A stretch of 55,247 nucleotides of DNA, filler included, from Basidioascus undulatus (Eukaryota), in the NCBI GenBank assembly GCA_000826855.1. It is 3 parts of 3 records of this genome, joined end to end, with 100 filler letters (N's around TTAATTAATTAA, not from the genome) between each part and the next. Parts side by side here need not be neighbours in the genome. Positions count along the whole stretch, not along the records: positions 1 to 31,800 come from JTLS01000099.1; positions 31,901 to 43,530 come from JTLS01000991.1; 1 more part is not named here. One strand, given 5' to 3'. Of the stretch, positions 26,780 through 40,020 are shown piece by piece. The notes below the pieces were generated by a model. The model saw only the letters and a list, made by a program, of their open reading frames with translations, was not told the DNA's origin and did not search any database. Within the stretch, counting starts at the first letter, position 1. Every line of letters begins with the position of its first letter. Both the position numbers and the translations under genes were made by a program.

Positions 26780-28124
26780 TCAATCCGAATCGCTGACGTC
26801 CGTATCGGTATCCACGACGTCCGACTCTCCTCCGACATCTTCCCCACGCCCACGCCCACAGAACATCAGCCCTGCGCTCCCACTCCCTGTCGCAACCGCA
26901 CGCCGACTCACCGACATATTCCTCGTCCTCTCGCATCACTTTCCCCGGCAGCGTCTTCGCACCCGCGCGCTTCCGCCGGGGCGTCTCGTCCTCGGAGGGA
27001 ACGGAGGAGGTCGAGGACGCGGGCGATGTGGGCGCTGCGCTGGTGGTTGTTGCTGTGGGGGAGAACGCAGATGCCGGGGCTGTGACGTGCGGGAGGAGGG
27101 AGGGCTGCTGCGAGAGGGGCGAAGACTGGCGCGGGCGGGTGGCCTATGAAGGAGGACTCGGGTTCAGTCTTCGGGTGGGGAGAGGCGAGGTGAGGGAAGA
27201 TCGGGCGTACGCGGAGGGAAGTGGCTGTGAGGTGGAACGAAAGCTCAGAGATGAGCGAACCCAATATAGGAGATTATGGTAAGAACACGGAGACTTCACT
27301 GATTTTGGGCTTCTTGGTTTGTGACCCAGACGGCGGTTTAGACGGGGACGCGGCCTGCGCCGCAGTACCTCGTTCAGCTCCGGCCCAACGAACGGAGGAC
27401 AAGCACTTCACTACTCACCCTCTTCGGGCCTCCCGCGTTCCCATTGACTCCACCCGCACCATTCGCACTGCCCTCCTCGTCCGTCGCTTCCCCATTCACG
27501 CTCGGCGTAGCGCTCCCCATTCTACACCAGCGGCCCGCGCATCAGCTCCACTCCTTACTTGCATGACCCCATCACCATGGTGACCAACGCACCTCGACCC
27601 CGCCTTCGCAGCTCGCGTACTCGCACTTCGTCGGCTGCCCGCGCCAAGCCCGAGGCACGAGGTGAGGTGTGGTGCGTAGCGGGAAGATGCGATCTGCGAA
27701 GACGTCCCCCGCCGCGTCAGGGCGCCATGACTCTCCGGCCCGGAACGACTGAGAAAGAAGATCACGCACCGGTCTTTGGCACACCGTGCACGCAAAGAGA
27801 GGGTTCTGCGCGTCGCCCGTCCCCCGAAAAGGGTCGGGCGTCGCCGCGCCGTTGGTGGGCGGCACCGTTGGTGGGATCGGCCTGGCGATGGATGGAGTGT
27901 CTAGCCTAGCGGTTTCAAGACGATGTGGGGCAATGGAAGACGCACCGTTTTGATCGCGCAAGCTTCACAGCGCGGTGAGCCTCGAGCGCGACGTCGAGGA
28001 CGACGTCCGCTAGGAGATTGTCGACGAGCCGGGAAGCCTGTCGCGCCGCCCATCACCTTCATCTATCGAGCTCATTTAGGACATAATAAGAAGCAAGACC
28101 CACGAGTTGCGCGATATCCCCCAT
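26780..28124 (-). CDS. SGF11: SAGA deubiquitination module subunit Sgf11
   Basis: MGDIAQL/ASRLVDNLLADVVLDVALEAHRAVK (Sgf11-like N-terminal helix) and zinc finger FACTVCQRP/IASSRYAPHLTSCLGLG split by an intron. Acidic end DVVDTDTDVSDSD*. Middle exons less certain. Confidence 0.85.
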
Positions 28125-28722
28125 ATCTTAAAAGTCCAGAAAAGAGCGAAGGAATAAAAAATGTAAGATGAAGTGCACGAGCGAGTGTCGAAGCGAGAAG
28201 GCAAGAAACCGCTTCGCGACAGTCCCAGCGGAGCCCGGACCGGCATTCCGGGCCTGCGTTCAAACAACTTCTTCGACTGCCGTTCAGTCATCACGAAGAA
28301 ATGCAGCAAACTTGCAACGATATTACTTTCTGAAAATATGGAATCTGCCACGGACGAGCGCCTTGCTGGAAGTTGCTCGAAGTAGTCTGAATTCGCCGCG
28401 CAAGCGAGCCAGACCCATGCAGTCCGAGTGCCATCGGGTCATCGCAAATCATCAATCATTCCGCAAAAGAGCACAAGAGACAAGAGACAAGACAGACGAG
28501 AGCGAGAGGTGGGTGAAGTGGAGTGCCACGAAAAACGGGGAGTGCGGGGGAGTGCGCACTACTGGCTGGCGGCAAGGGGGATCATTCAAGCCGCGAGCGG
28601 GTGCGGACGAAAGTAAGGTAGTGGTAGGATAGGATTTGAAAAGCGAAAGGGGGTGTGTATCTGAACTGGGGAGAAGAAGAGAGCAAATGGGGCGCATAGC
28701 GAAACCAAACCCGCCATCCCAT

Positions 28723-31700
28723 CTACTTCCGCCCGCCGAGCCTGGACCCGATAAACACAGCGACGACCACGACGCCAGTGAAGGCAATGGCGGCGGGGAG
28801 GACAAGGTCCCTGGGGATGCCGAAAACGACGTCGTCGCCCGCGTGCTGGAGCTTTCGGAACTCCTCCGGCGCGCGCTTCGGGTCAACGACGTCCGCGCCC
28901 TCGCCGTCGACGGCCTTCGGGAGGGGCGCCTCCTCGGCCGCCTGCTCCTCGAGCTCCTCCTCCAGGCGCTCGAGCGCCTTGACCGCCGCGGGCGCGGAGG
29001 TAGGCGCGGCGGATGCGGAGGGGGCGGAGAAGGGGGCGGCGACGACGGGGCCGGACCAGCCCTTGCCGCCCGAGACGACGAGGAGGATGCGCGACTGCTT
29101 CTGCTTCTGCGCGACGTAGACCGCGTCCTTCACGTCCGAGTCGGCGGACATCATCACCAGGTCGCCATCGTCGTCCGTGTACGCGAGCGTGAAGTCGTTC
29201 GGGTCGGGGACCGGGCCGTCGCCGTACTCCTCCGTGGGCTTGTTGAAGAAGGGGTCGGTGAGGAGCTGCCACGCCAACCCAGCCAAGCATCAGCGACTGC
29301 CGTTCCAAAGGGAGACGCGGGAAACAGCAAGAGACACACCTTGCCGGCAACGATGTCCCGCAGGTGATCGAGCGAGAGCGTGGGGCTCTCAAAGCGGTGA
29401 ATGCGCTGGGCGGGGCTAACAAACTTGAACACCGCGATGTTCTCGTCGACGATGGGCGTGGCTGCCGCGCCGCTGCCGCGGGCGGCAAGCGAGCTGGGCG
29501 CGACGCCGAGGTTGCTCGGGTCGTCGGTGGCGGCGCCGACGGCGGAGGCCGAGTCGTTCGGGTGCACCTCGCTCATGCTCTGGATGCGCTCGTCGCGGTC
29601 GAGCGCGCCGCCCCGCGGCGAGGTCGGGAAGTCGCCCGTGCGCGAGAGCGAGCCGGAGACGACCGACTCCGAGTCCTCGCCCACGGGGGCGGTTGCGATC
29701 GAGCCGAAGAAGCGGCCCCACATCGGCCCGCCCTCTTCTTGGTCCATGTCGGTCGACATCGAGTTGATCTGCGGCGAGTGGGGCCGGGGATCAGTCACCG
29801 GGCGCGGGGGAGTCGGGAGGTGCAGGCGGGGTAAACAGCAAAATAACGCACCTGCTCGAGCGTCGCATACGTCAGCTTGAGCACATCAATGATGGCGACG
29901 AGCCGGCCGTCGTGGTCGACGACGGGCATGTTGAGGTAGTGGCCGTCTGCGCATCCCCAACGTCAAGGTCAGCGTCCGTTCGGGGTGAAAGCGGCCAGAA
30001 GGAAGATGATCGGGTAGATGAAAGCGAAGACGCACTGTACATCTTCCGCAGCGCCTCCTGAATCGTCATGCTGGGGGGCGCGCGATCCGGATGGGGGGTC
30101 ATGACGCGGACGACCGAGCACCTATCAGGCTGGAGCCCGGCAGCGATAACGCGCAAAACAATATCCTTGCTCGTAAAGATGCCCGCGATCTTCTGCACCC
30201 CTGCACCGGCACCGGGCTCGCGGTTGGGCTCCATCACGCAGACGGCTGTGGTGCGGTGCTCCTTCATGATGCGCGCCGCGTCGCGCACGCTCGTCTTGAC
30301 GCTGACCATCGCGGGCTGGGTGCGCGTGTCCATAACGGACTGGAGGTCGGGCAGAGCCATCTTCTCGCGCAGGGCTTCGACGTACGCGACCATCGCGGCC
30401 GCTTGCGGGTTGTGCGCTGTCCCGCCCAGCTCGGTCTGCACGCCTTCGAGAGCGGTGTAGAGCTTTTGGGAGGCACCGTGCCCACGTTCGATCTTGTCGA
30501 GCGCTTCGTTGAAGACCTTCGTGATGTCGAGGAGGCCGACGACGTCGCCTTCGTCGTTGCAGACGGGCTGCGGGAGAGGGCAGGGGGAGTCAGCATCACC
30601 GCGGCGGAGGGAACACAGCGCGGAGGGAGGCGGAAGGGAGGGAGGGGAGAGGCGAAGACGCACGAGATGCCGGAATGCGCGCGAGACCATGAGCTGGAGC
30701 GCCTCGGTGGCGGACGTCGTGTCGCGCGTGACCATCGGGTTGCGGGTCATGATTGCGCTGACGAGGGTCGAGCGAGGCTCGAGACCCTCGGCGACGACCT
30801 GTGGCCCATCCGTGCAGCGTTAGTAAAGGACGAGGAGAGGGTGATGAAAGGCGGGAAGGCGGGAAGGCGGGAAGAGTAGAGAAGGGGAAGGTTGAGGGGG
30901 AAGGGGGATGAAGGGAGGGAAGGAGAATACGCACCCGGAATGCAAGATCCTTCGCCGTAAAGATGCCCGACAAATGCTCCTCATCGTCCACGACCAGCAC
31001 GCAGTCCGTGCGCTTCGCCGCACACAGCTGGCTGGCATCCGCGACGCTCATGCCCTCCGGCACAGTGAGCGCGGGGGTAGGCTTGAGCCCAGCGACGGTG
31101 CCGGGGGCGTGCTTCTGCTTGCGCTGCTGGCGCGACGGCGTGTGCGTGTCGGAGCGCTTGTGGGACGAGGAGGTCGTGCGCTTGCGCGACAGCTCGGACT
31201 CGATCTTCTTCCGCAGCGCCTGGAATTTCGACCCGAGCGATTTGTTCCGCGAGGCGGTGAGGGAGGCGTGCACGATCGGCGGGGGAGAGGAGTGGGAGAA
31301 GGGTTCGTCAGTGGTTGTTGTTCTAGTGGGGGATTGGGCGGTGGTGGTGGTGTCGAGCAGGGGAGTGGAGAGCGTGCGCGAGCGCGAGTGCACGTTCGCC
31401 TGCGAGGCGTGCTTCGACTTGCGCAGCTCCTTCGGGAGCGTCTGCGACGCGTACGGCAGCGAGCTCTGGCGCGATGGCGGGCTGCCCGGCCCGCTGGCAG
31501 AGAGCGGGAAGACCTCGACGGACGTGGGCGGCGTCGAGTGCTGCGACGCCGAGAGGGAGTGCGAGTCGGAGGACGTCTGCTTGGAGGGGGACGACGGGCG
31601 CGGGGAGTTGGGAGTGCCGTTGCCGTTCGTGTGGCCGTTTTGGAGGTAGGTCGAGAGGATGGGGATGGAGGGTGCGCGCGGCGGAGGCGTGATGGGCGGG

Positions 31701-31783
31701 GAGGGTAAGTCGTCGAGCATGAAGGCGGATTCGGGGCGCGGGAGGGGCACGGGCGGTTCGGGCGCGGGCGAGGTGGGGACGGG
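28723..31783 (-). CDS. CBS-pair + PB1 domain protein with C-terminal TM helix (Mug70/CBSCBSPB-like), 5'-truncated
   Basis: CBS repeats (GTVAGLKPTPALTVPEGMSVADASQLCAAKRTDCVLVVD..GIFTAKDLAFRV; MTRNP; GIFTSKDIVLRVIAAGL..VMTPHPD), PB1 (FKFVSPAQRIHRF..LAYTDDDGDLVMM) and hydrophobic tail LVLPAAIAFTGVVVVAVFI. Confidence 0.9.
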
Positions 31784-31800
31784 AGATCGGAAGAGCGTCG
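31784..31800 (+). other. Illumina adapter remnant (assembly artefact)
   Basis: AGATCGGAAGAGCGTCG exactly at the contig end; this is the start of the TruSeq read-2 adapter. Confidence 0.93.
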
Positions 31801-31900
31801 NNNNNNNNNNNNNNNNNNNNNNNNNNNNNNNNNNNNNNNNNNNNTTAATTAATTAANNNNNNNNNNNNNNNNNNNNNNNNNNNNNNNNNNNNNNNNNNNN
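31801..31900. other. Artificial contig-joining linker
   Basis: N run + TTAATTAATTAA (stops in all six frames) + N run, 100 bp. Confidence 0.97.
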
Positions 31901-32055
31901 AGAAGGGGAGGTTGGAGCAGGGTGAGGGGGCGCAGTGGGGCGCATCGGAGTGGGTGGAGAGGGCGAGGGAGAAGACTGACAACGCTGGAGGAGGCCTGGG
32001 TCGCGTAGGTGCGGGCGGCGCGGGGGGAAGTAGCGAGCGCACGGCGGGCGAGCAT
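31901..32055 (-). CDS. First exon of a nuclear-encoded mitochondrial precursor protein, truncated by contig end
   Basis: ATG 32055 MLARRALATSPRAARTYATQASSS: Arg/Ala/Ser-rich, acid-free presequence with RxY|A cleavage-like motif, followed by intron-like pyrimidine-rich sequence. Confidence 0.6.
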
Positions 32056-35000
32056 GGCGGCGATAGCGAGGACAGGCGAGAAGACGGTGAGGTTGGGATG
32101 CAGGAGCGTCGGGCGCGAAGGAGCGAGGCGCCAGCCAGCGCCCGGCCGCCAGCGGCGCATATCGCCGATAGGCCCATTTATTAAGGTCTAGAAGTCCCAG
32201 CACCTCTACCTGTCTCCAACACTGGCTGCCTCTCGTTGAGCGACAACATCTTCAAAAAGATCTATTTCAGGTGTAAAAGATACGAGAGTCGAAAAGACCA
32301 CGTCGGTAGGCAGGAGCCGTCTAGTTGCTGCAGTCCTGCACAGTCGCTCGACCGCAGGCTAATACTCCCGGGGCCCGAGGCTGCTTAGCCTGGGATTAGA
32401 CCTTGAAAAGCTAACGACAAAGCCCTTGAGGATGTTGCAGCTCTAGATAAACACGCTGAAGAGCCAGGGCTGCCGCTGCTCAGGGTTCAAGCCATGCACA
32501 AACCACACCTCCACGGTATCACCATGTACGTGGTTGCTCTGTTCTTACAAAGGACGCTCTGATATGTATCATGTGAAAAGCCTTCGCCCAAACCGGAGAC
32601 TCTTTATCACTTTCACGCGCAGTTGGACATGCACAGATGTCCAGCCCTGCCAGCAGCCATTGAGTTTCGTGAGTAAATTGCAGTGCAATTCCGACACAGG
32701 ACATTAATTCCCTAGAGTCTTTGTGTTCTCAGTGGATGGAGTTCCTCAGCTCACGTGATGTCAGTCACTGCATTGAGGCGGGCTGGACAACGGAACAGCT
32801 GGTACAGAAAGGGTTTGTGCGAGTTCTTGAGCAGAAAGAATCGGTCGTCCCGCTCCGCTCTATTCGACGCACACCGAGGAGCGTAGTAGATACCTCCTGA
32901 TGAGTAGTCGACTCATGCTAGTCCACGTATGCAGAAACTGAGGTATGTGTAAGGATAGCAGTAAAAGGTTAGAATCTCTTCATATTATTTGACCGGAGCT
33001 GAGCTATTGTCCTGCATCCAGTTCTTCCGCTGCGCACAAACAGGGGACCGCTGCGTCTGTCTCACTAAACAAGTCCAGAGTATCGCAATTTAGTGATGCA
33101 GAAATACAGATGCAGGTCAGTCTCTTCTAAGCGTTGCACCTAGGAGCCATTTGTTGTGGCGCCTTTCTTATCTTCCAGATGTGCTGACCATGAGACACTG
33201 TTCGAAGCCGGCTCAAAACCACCTCCATGTCCTCCTGGAACGATGGGATATACTTGCTTCTACACTCGAGCGTCACGGCGCATTCAAGGACGATGTGCAC
33301 ATGCAAATGAGAAGGCGAAGCAGTATGTACACGCGTCGTTGGACTACTTAGACGCACTTGATAACGCGTAGAGGCATTTGGCTAGACGCTGTTGGTACTT
33401 TGTATAGTTCCTCGGGTGCAAACATATTGCGTGCATAACTTTCTTTCCTTACTTTTCCTTGGAATTCCAAGGAAATCCGCCAAACAGTGTGACTCGAGCT
33501 TCTAGGTAGAAGGCGGTCTAAAGGGAGCACTTAGTACTTGTGTGTGATGTAAACCGACAAGGGCTGCAAGTACGTACCTCCTGGACATGACACCCTGTTT
33601 ATCTGCAGGATTTGGCGTAACAGAAGGCAAGCGCCCCTGCTGAAGATGAGAATTTGCGTAAGCATGTTGGCATGCAGCATCAAGAAAGGCACAAAGACAG
33701 GTCAACGTCTGTGTGAAGGACTGCATTGGAAGGCAGGGCTTACTGGATTAGCAGCGGGTATAGGTTGAGATCACATTGCTTGAGAGGAAGGAGGAATGGG
33801 CATGGGTCTAGGAGGGGGGGGCAAACGACTGAGCCTTTGGTGTCTGTATGGGATGGTGAGTCTTGACAAACTGAGCAGGCGGGACCAACAAGGAAATTTC
33901 AGTTCGCTGAAGCTGCTCCAGCGACCAGCCGGGCCAGGCTATGTACAGTTATGCTAAGCAGTCAGTGGTGCGTACTGCATTGAGCACACTATCGCTCAGC
34001 AAGCCCTCAGGAAGTTGCTCATTGCCACAACCGTGTCCTTTTCACAAAGTCCCTACCAATGCTTTAGCCATACCTATTGTGTGTACGGAAAATGACGAAA
34101 CCATTGCAACGGGGAAGAAGCGAGGACAGACGGTGCCACCTTCAGAACTGCTGAAGTTCCGCGGAAGCATGGGGTTTTATCTCGCCAGCTTCTTGTGTTA
34201 CCGGCCCGCGGCTGCCTGATATTTGTAAAGCACACCCCTTGAAAGACATTGGGCGGGCAGAGCCCGTGTGAAATCGGCACCATGTCAGGAACCGCCGGGA
34301 CAAGCTTACAACGTATGGTGCTATGCAGTATCCGGGCAGGGAAGCGGACAAATAGCGTCCATTCAACGCTGGAGATCACCAATACGACAGCAAGAGATAA
34401 TCCACAGCAGGAAGTGCTTGCACCTACTACAATTGGACAGTGCCAAAGGAGAACATGGAGTAAACATTCGCTTCCTCGTCAGTGCAACGCCTTCCACCCT
34501 ACGCCTGCGACTTTCTTCCACTGCTTTACTCAATATTCAGCCTTTTTCCACTCTCGTCGCATTCACTGCACATCTCTCAAAACTTACAAGGCTGCCGTAT
34601 GCCAGTACTGCCAGAAGAAGCGCAAAGATGAGCTTAAGCAAAATAAAGCAACACTATCCAGACGCTCTGTCGCCATAGTCGCTCTTCGAAGTCAGTCATG
34701 CGTCTGTATTTCTGGGGTAGAGTTTATCATTTTGTGCATTAAACAAGCAGAAGGTAGTTACACTTTCAATCTTAGATCTCCTTTGCGACATGGTTCTCCT
34801 TGCTACCTTTGTCCTTCTTATAAACCTCGTATTCGTACCTTTGGCTTTGCTGCGCACGTGAGCTTCTCAAAGGATATGGTCTGAAGATTGGACTTCAGGC
34901 AGACGCATACAACGTGGACGCACTCGACCCCCCGCTTCCTTGGCGCGCCATCGTCTTCAGGACGCCCATGGCCAACAGTTCGCGTATGCTCCACTCGGAA

Positions 35001-36419
35001 TTTCACGACCGATACAGATGGCATTTAACTTCTGCTCGAGATAAACGCAGGGATGGACTTTCTGGACTGGCGGAAGCAGCTAAAGGACACTATGGACCCG
35101 CTCTTAGATACCCATGCTCACACTTCCGCGCAGGCGGCGCTCTATAGCCACCTCGACCGTTTCGCCACGTCGGCTCGAGCGCCGCTTTATGTTCGGCTGG
35201 CTTTCGAAAGCGGTGCGAGGTGCCGACGCGTAAGACATCGCTCCTGAGGAGCTGCTTGATCGCTCGAAGTACCCCTCGCTCCCCTCAGAGCCCCTGATTG
35301 CATTTCGTTCTTGCCCTTTCGAGTATCGCCATCGCGCGCGCTTGCGCTCATACGTAGTCATTGCGCCGAGAAGGTTCGTCTGCGCCTGTGCTACCGAACA
35401 TACACGCCAAGCAGGCTCAAGGACGGTGCTCCTTGCCTGACAGACGCCCGCATTTTGCGTACCTATGTGGTAGTCCTGGGGACTTATATTCGTTGCAGAT
35501 GCACATCCCCGAGCCAAACCCTACCATGCCAGGGATCGAGATACTCGCCGCAGCCTTTCGAAGTCCGGGTCGCGCCGTGCTTGCACTTCCTGGGTTCCCC
35601 TCTCCCGCGGGTCCGAGCATCCTCTCAAATGTGTACGCAAGGACCGCTGCCCACCAAAAGCGTCCAGAGATGCGACACTGCTGTGCTGACATCTAACGTT
35701 ACTGCAGGACACTCGAGCTCCCGCGCCATCGAGGCCACCATCTGCGCATCTCGGAGTGGACGCCGAGTCCCTCGCAGCACTGAATCTGCCCGTCGTCCGG
35801 ATGGATAACCCTTTCCCGCCCTTCGTCCTTCCTCCTCTCAAGTTAGATACATATCTCCGCCAGTTGAGCTTCGGGAGCGGGGCATTTGGCCTTTCTTTAT
35901 GCGGAGTGCTGAGCCCTACATCCCCGGCTTTCTTGAGCCGCGCCTATCCTGTCTACGCGCCTGTCTATGCCTGCAGTGGGTACCGAGCCATTCGCAATCT
36001 TCAACGCCTCTCTAATTGGCGGCCGCATTCACTCGAGTCGCCCCGGACAAGCCGCTCCTGTGGCATGATCCTGCTGAAGTGTTACCGTTGCACGTATACG
36101 ACATCAGAGTACACCACGGTCCCTCTATCCTTCTATCTCACCATCACTCATACATTTGGCACAGTCGGACAGGGCATTGAACACCATCATTCACGCCGGA
36201 TGGGCGGCTGTAGACTCCAGCAACTCTTGAACGCAGGCCCAATTTAAGGGCGAGGTATCGATGTATCCAGAGGAGGTCAACGTCGTCTTGGGAGGGTCTC
36301 CGGACGACACTGTGAGGGAGCGGAGCCCGAACGCGCCCAGCAGTTAAGATTTGCTGCGCCCTTGTGTGCACCTGATCTATTTTCTTCTTGTTGAGTCCGC
36401 TGAAATCCTAGCTCATTGT

Positions 36420-37400
36420 GCAGACGTCAAGCACGAATCGCTGCGGCTGCCGATGTCGCCGGCCAACGCGGTCGCTTGCTTGGACAGCGCACGGACGCGA
36501 CAGGCGTTGACTGGTCCTCTCCGTTTGTTCGGAGTGCGTGGCAGCACACTGCTAAGGAGGCGGGGAGCTGCATTGGTCACGCCCCGAGTCCGCGTTCTCC
36601 AGAAGAGTAAGCCATCTTCCATTGCGTTCTCTCGCTCATCCTCGCTCCGGAAGCTTCCAAACAGCGCTGACCAGGTTCCCAGACGATACATGATCGCATA
36701 CATGTTCTATCAACCCTTTACGAGTTTGCCGGAGTGGATGGCTGAAATCCATAGCGAGCACGAAAGCGTGGCAACGGCAATGCGCGAGCACGAGGCCCAG
36801 AGCGCGAACGCTTGAAAGCCGCGAACCTCCGGGTCCGACAGCTCAAGCCAGCTCCTTCCTCCGCGCCCAAGCCCAGTTCCCCGCCGAAGCCGCAACCGCC
36901 CCGAAGCCGAAGCCGGCGCATCTCTCTCCCCGCTCGCCGCTGTCCGTCCGTCGTCTCTTCCTCCCCCTCGGCTACTCCCGCGCCCGCGCCGCCTTTTCAT
37001 GACCACGAGGGCGTCTACGCTCTTCTCGGCCTGGCGAACAAGGCGCGCGCGGTCAAGGTGGAGGACGGGGACGCCGACGAAACGTATCAGCAGATGAAGC
37101 TTCGCTTCCTTGAGGTACTGCGGACGGACGGCCGCGACGCGAGCGAGCAGCTGGTATTAAAGGTTCAGATCGCTCTGGATCGGGTCCGCACAAGTGCTTC
37201 GCGTGCAGTTCGATGCATGCAGCCGCGTCTTCTTTTGAGTTCTCTTCTGCAGCGAAGGACCGGGAGACGTACGAGACCGACGGCAAGCGACTCGCCCTTC
37301 CAGCAGGTCGTGCGCCACTCGCCGCTAGATCACGCTGGTCCTTGTATTCTACCGGATTTGCTTTTGTGGCATTATACTGGACGTTTGCGCAGTCAGAGCA
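36420..37400 (+). pseudogene. Degenerate gene with possible J-domain-like C-terminus
   Basis: Exon-like GC-rich segments with a frame switch near 36810. GVYALLGL..DADETYQQMKLRFLEVLRTDG..SEQLVLKVQIA..KDRETYE loosely follows J-domain spacing but has no HPD motif. Confidence 0.3.
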
Positions 37401-39964
37401 GGTGCGAAAGCGTGTTTCACGGCGCACGGGCAATAGCGAACGCGAGAGCACGATGTTCGGCTCACGCGCATTGTGCTGTACGTCAAGCGAGAGCGACTTT
37501 TGTTATGTTGTACAGGGTACCTTTATATATTTCTCAAGCCCTTCAGTCATGCACCTCAGTCGAGACTTCCAACTCCGCCTCGACAACCTGATCAAGCTCG
37601 CATGACCCGCTCTTGACTGTGCCTGCTTGTCCCTCCTCCTGCATCACCTCTCCATCTTCACAGATTTTGGGTCTTCCAAAAGCAGGTTTCATCGTCACCG
37701 TCTCCTCCTCCACCATTGCCGCTTCCCACTCGCACTGCACTTTCAGCTCAATGTCAGCGTTCGCGACATTCCATACGACCCCTGCCTTCCCGCGCACAGT
37801 ATCGACGTCTGTCATGACGCTGGGTGGCAGTCTGCGGCCTGCCGTTTTGTTTACGCATTCCCTCTCCACGCCGGTCCTGCGCTGTACCCCTGCGGTCCAT
37901 TTCATTCTACAGTGCTTTCTGCTTGTTGTACAGAGTTCGAATTAGCATTTGCGTTTCAAAATGACCGTTTTCTCCCTTAAAACCCCTTCACGCATTCCTC
38001 TATCCACAGCCAGAGCTTCTCCTGCCCCTGCACACGTCTGCTGCGTGAGCGTCCATGCGTCCGACACTTCCGTAGGGGATGATCCACTGAAGTATTGCCG
38101 GTAAGTTACACAAGAAAGATACAAGCCTAAAAAAACTGCAAAATGAAAGGAACGCACAGCTCCGTCAGTGCGTTCGGCTTCCTTCGACAGCCCCGCCCAC
38201 AGGAGCAACAGTGCGCAGGTCTCGACATTGCCTAACGAGAGCGCAGGCCCCATCTTGAGCTTTCCGCTGCTGAAAAGTGTCTTTGCCCGTTGGTCCAAGC
38301 GGATCCTGGCGACGCGGCAGAAGAGCTGAGGAAGTCGCTGCAGTGCGACTGCAGGGCGTTGGAGAAGATGAGATTGTCCTGGAAACCACGACCAACATGT
38401 AAGATCCTAAAGCCTGTAGAAAAATACAGTCCCCCATACCAATTTGATTGCCCATATAGTCCCCACGCCCCGATCTTCCCTGCTGTAAGCTGGCGCTGAG
38501 GTCCCGGCGCCATGGAGTTGTAGTCGATTCCGCTCTTGGAAAGGAAGTTCCATCAAAGGGAGGAGCTGGACGTAGTCACCACTGGGATTTGCGTCCGGTA
38601 GAGTCGGTCCCTTCCGCAAGGCGGGAAGCTGTTTCAAAGCGATGGACAGTGAGCTGGCTGATGCCGCGCTGTGCCACCGAGGCACTGCTGAAAGCTCACC
38701 AAGAGCAGCTGATGGATGTCAAGGATTTATAAATGCACTCCGACCGTGTAACTACTTCTCAACTGCACCAATCACTCTTGTAGACAGCAACGGGGACTTG
38801 GTACCGGCGGTGTAGCATGCCTTAACTCGTCTCATTCGTTCGCCGCGAGCCCGTTACGCCATCGCCACACGGACCGTAAATCTTCCCACCAGTCCACTGA
38901 CGAAGGGACTTGCCGATGAAAGACGTTCTTCGACGGAACCGGGATCAAGGCGTTCGCGCGGACCTGCCCCCCTTGAAGAATCAGCAATGTCACGCCTTGC
39001 TGCCCTTTGCCGAGCTCTTACCCATCATTCCCTTGCAAGTCAGTTTTTCCATCAAAACTCTGATACTCATCAGCAGGTACACACCGGCTGCATGATAGCG
39101 CTCGGACGACTCCATAGCTGCAGCCCCACCCCGCCCCCTTATCGCCTCCTTCTCCCCCTCCAAAGACACCACCTTGTACTCGAGGAGCTCGAAGCTCGGG
39201 GGACTAAAGCTGACGGGAACGACGTCAATGTGCAGCGCGTAACGTGTGCAGTTGCGCATGGCGTACCCACTCCGGTCAGAGGTCCGCTTGTCCTCCTTGG
39301 TTATCCCTCAGAAGCGGTGAAATAATTCAATAAACATTTCCTCGTCCCCTCGCGCCTCCCCTTGAGGAGCTGTCGCACTCGATTTGAGCATCCGTCTGCC
39401 ACTTTTCGTTGTCACGCTGCACGCGCCTTCGCTCATCCTCCACCGTCAACAGCGAAATCAAGGATCAAGGTTCAACTTGAACAAACGACCTCTGCTACCC
39501 CGTCTCGCGCTCCTGAGTCACCCTTGTGCCGCGACTGGATTTCCGCTTAATTCGGGCTGCACGCTCTTTCTTTGGTTCGTTTCAAAACTCAGGTGGATCT
39601 GTAACACGTCAGTAAGCTGAAGATAATCTCTCGGGAGCCGACGCGTGACTGGCTGCGAGCGGCCAGCAGCTGCGACCAAAGTTTCCACCAGAATTACGCC
39701 GCGGGCCTAAGCAAAGTGCTAAAGTCAGGGTCGCAATCATCTCCAAATGTGGAATCACAAGTGGAATGGATCGGTCTGAGCTTCGGGACCCGCTGTCGCA
39801 ACGTGTTGAGCATCCCAAGGGAATGTAGGCAATGCTTTGGAGGGAGCTCCCACCGCGTAGCTCCGAGCAGGGGAGATACAGCCAGCACTAGACAATTTGT
39901 AATGGCCTCAAGAACCATATGGCAACTTCGTGTCCCTTTCGTAGGCCATGAAGGGGCCTGGCAA

Positions 39965-40020
39965 GTTTCACATCTGCGCGCTTCCTTTTAATGTTTCACA
40001 TCTGCGCGCTTCCTTTTAAT
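39965..40020. repeat. Perfect 28-bp tandem duplication
   Basis: GTTTCACATCTGCGCGCTTCCTTTTAAT x2 (39965-39992, 39993-40020). Confidence 0.95.

Noticed and set aside
31845..31856. TTAATTAATTAA as a biological site or target-site duplication
   Set aside because: Centred in N runs and repeated identically at 43575-43586; an artificial linker.
36413..36703. Minus-strand LLFWRTR fragment as a hAT transposase dimerisation domain
   Set aside because: The following conserved S..ER.FS motif is absent, and the plus strand has the better exon/intron signals.
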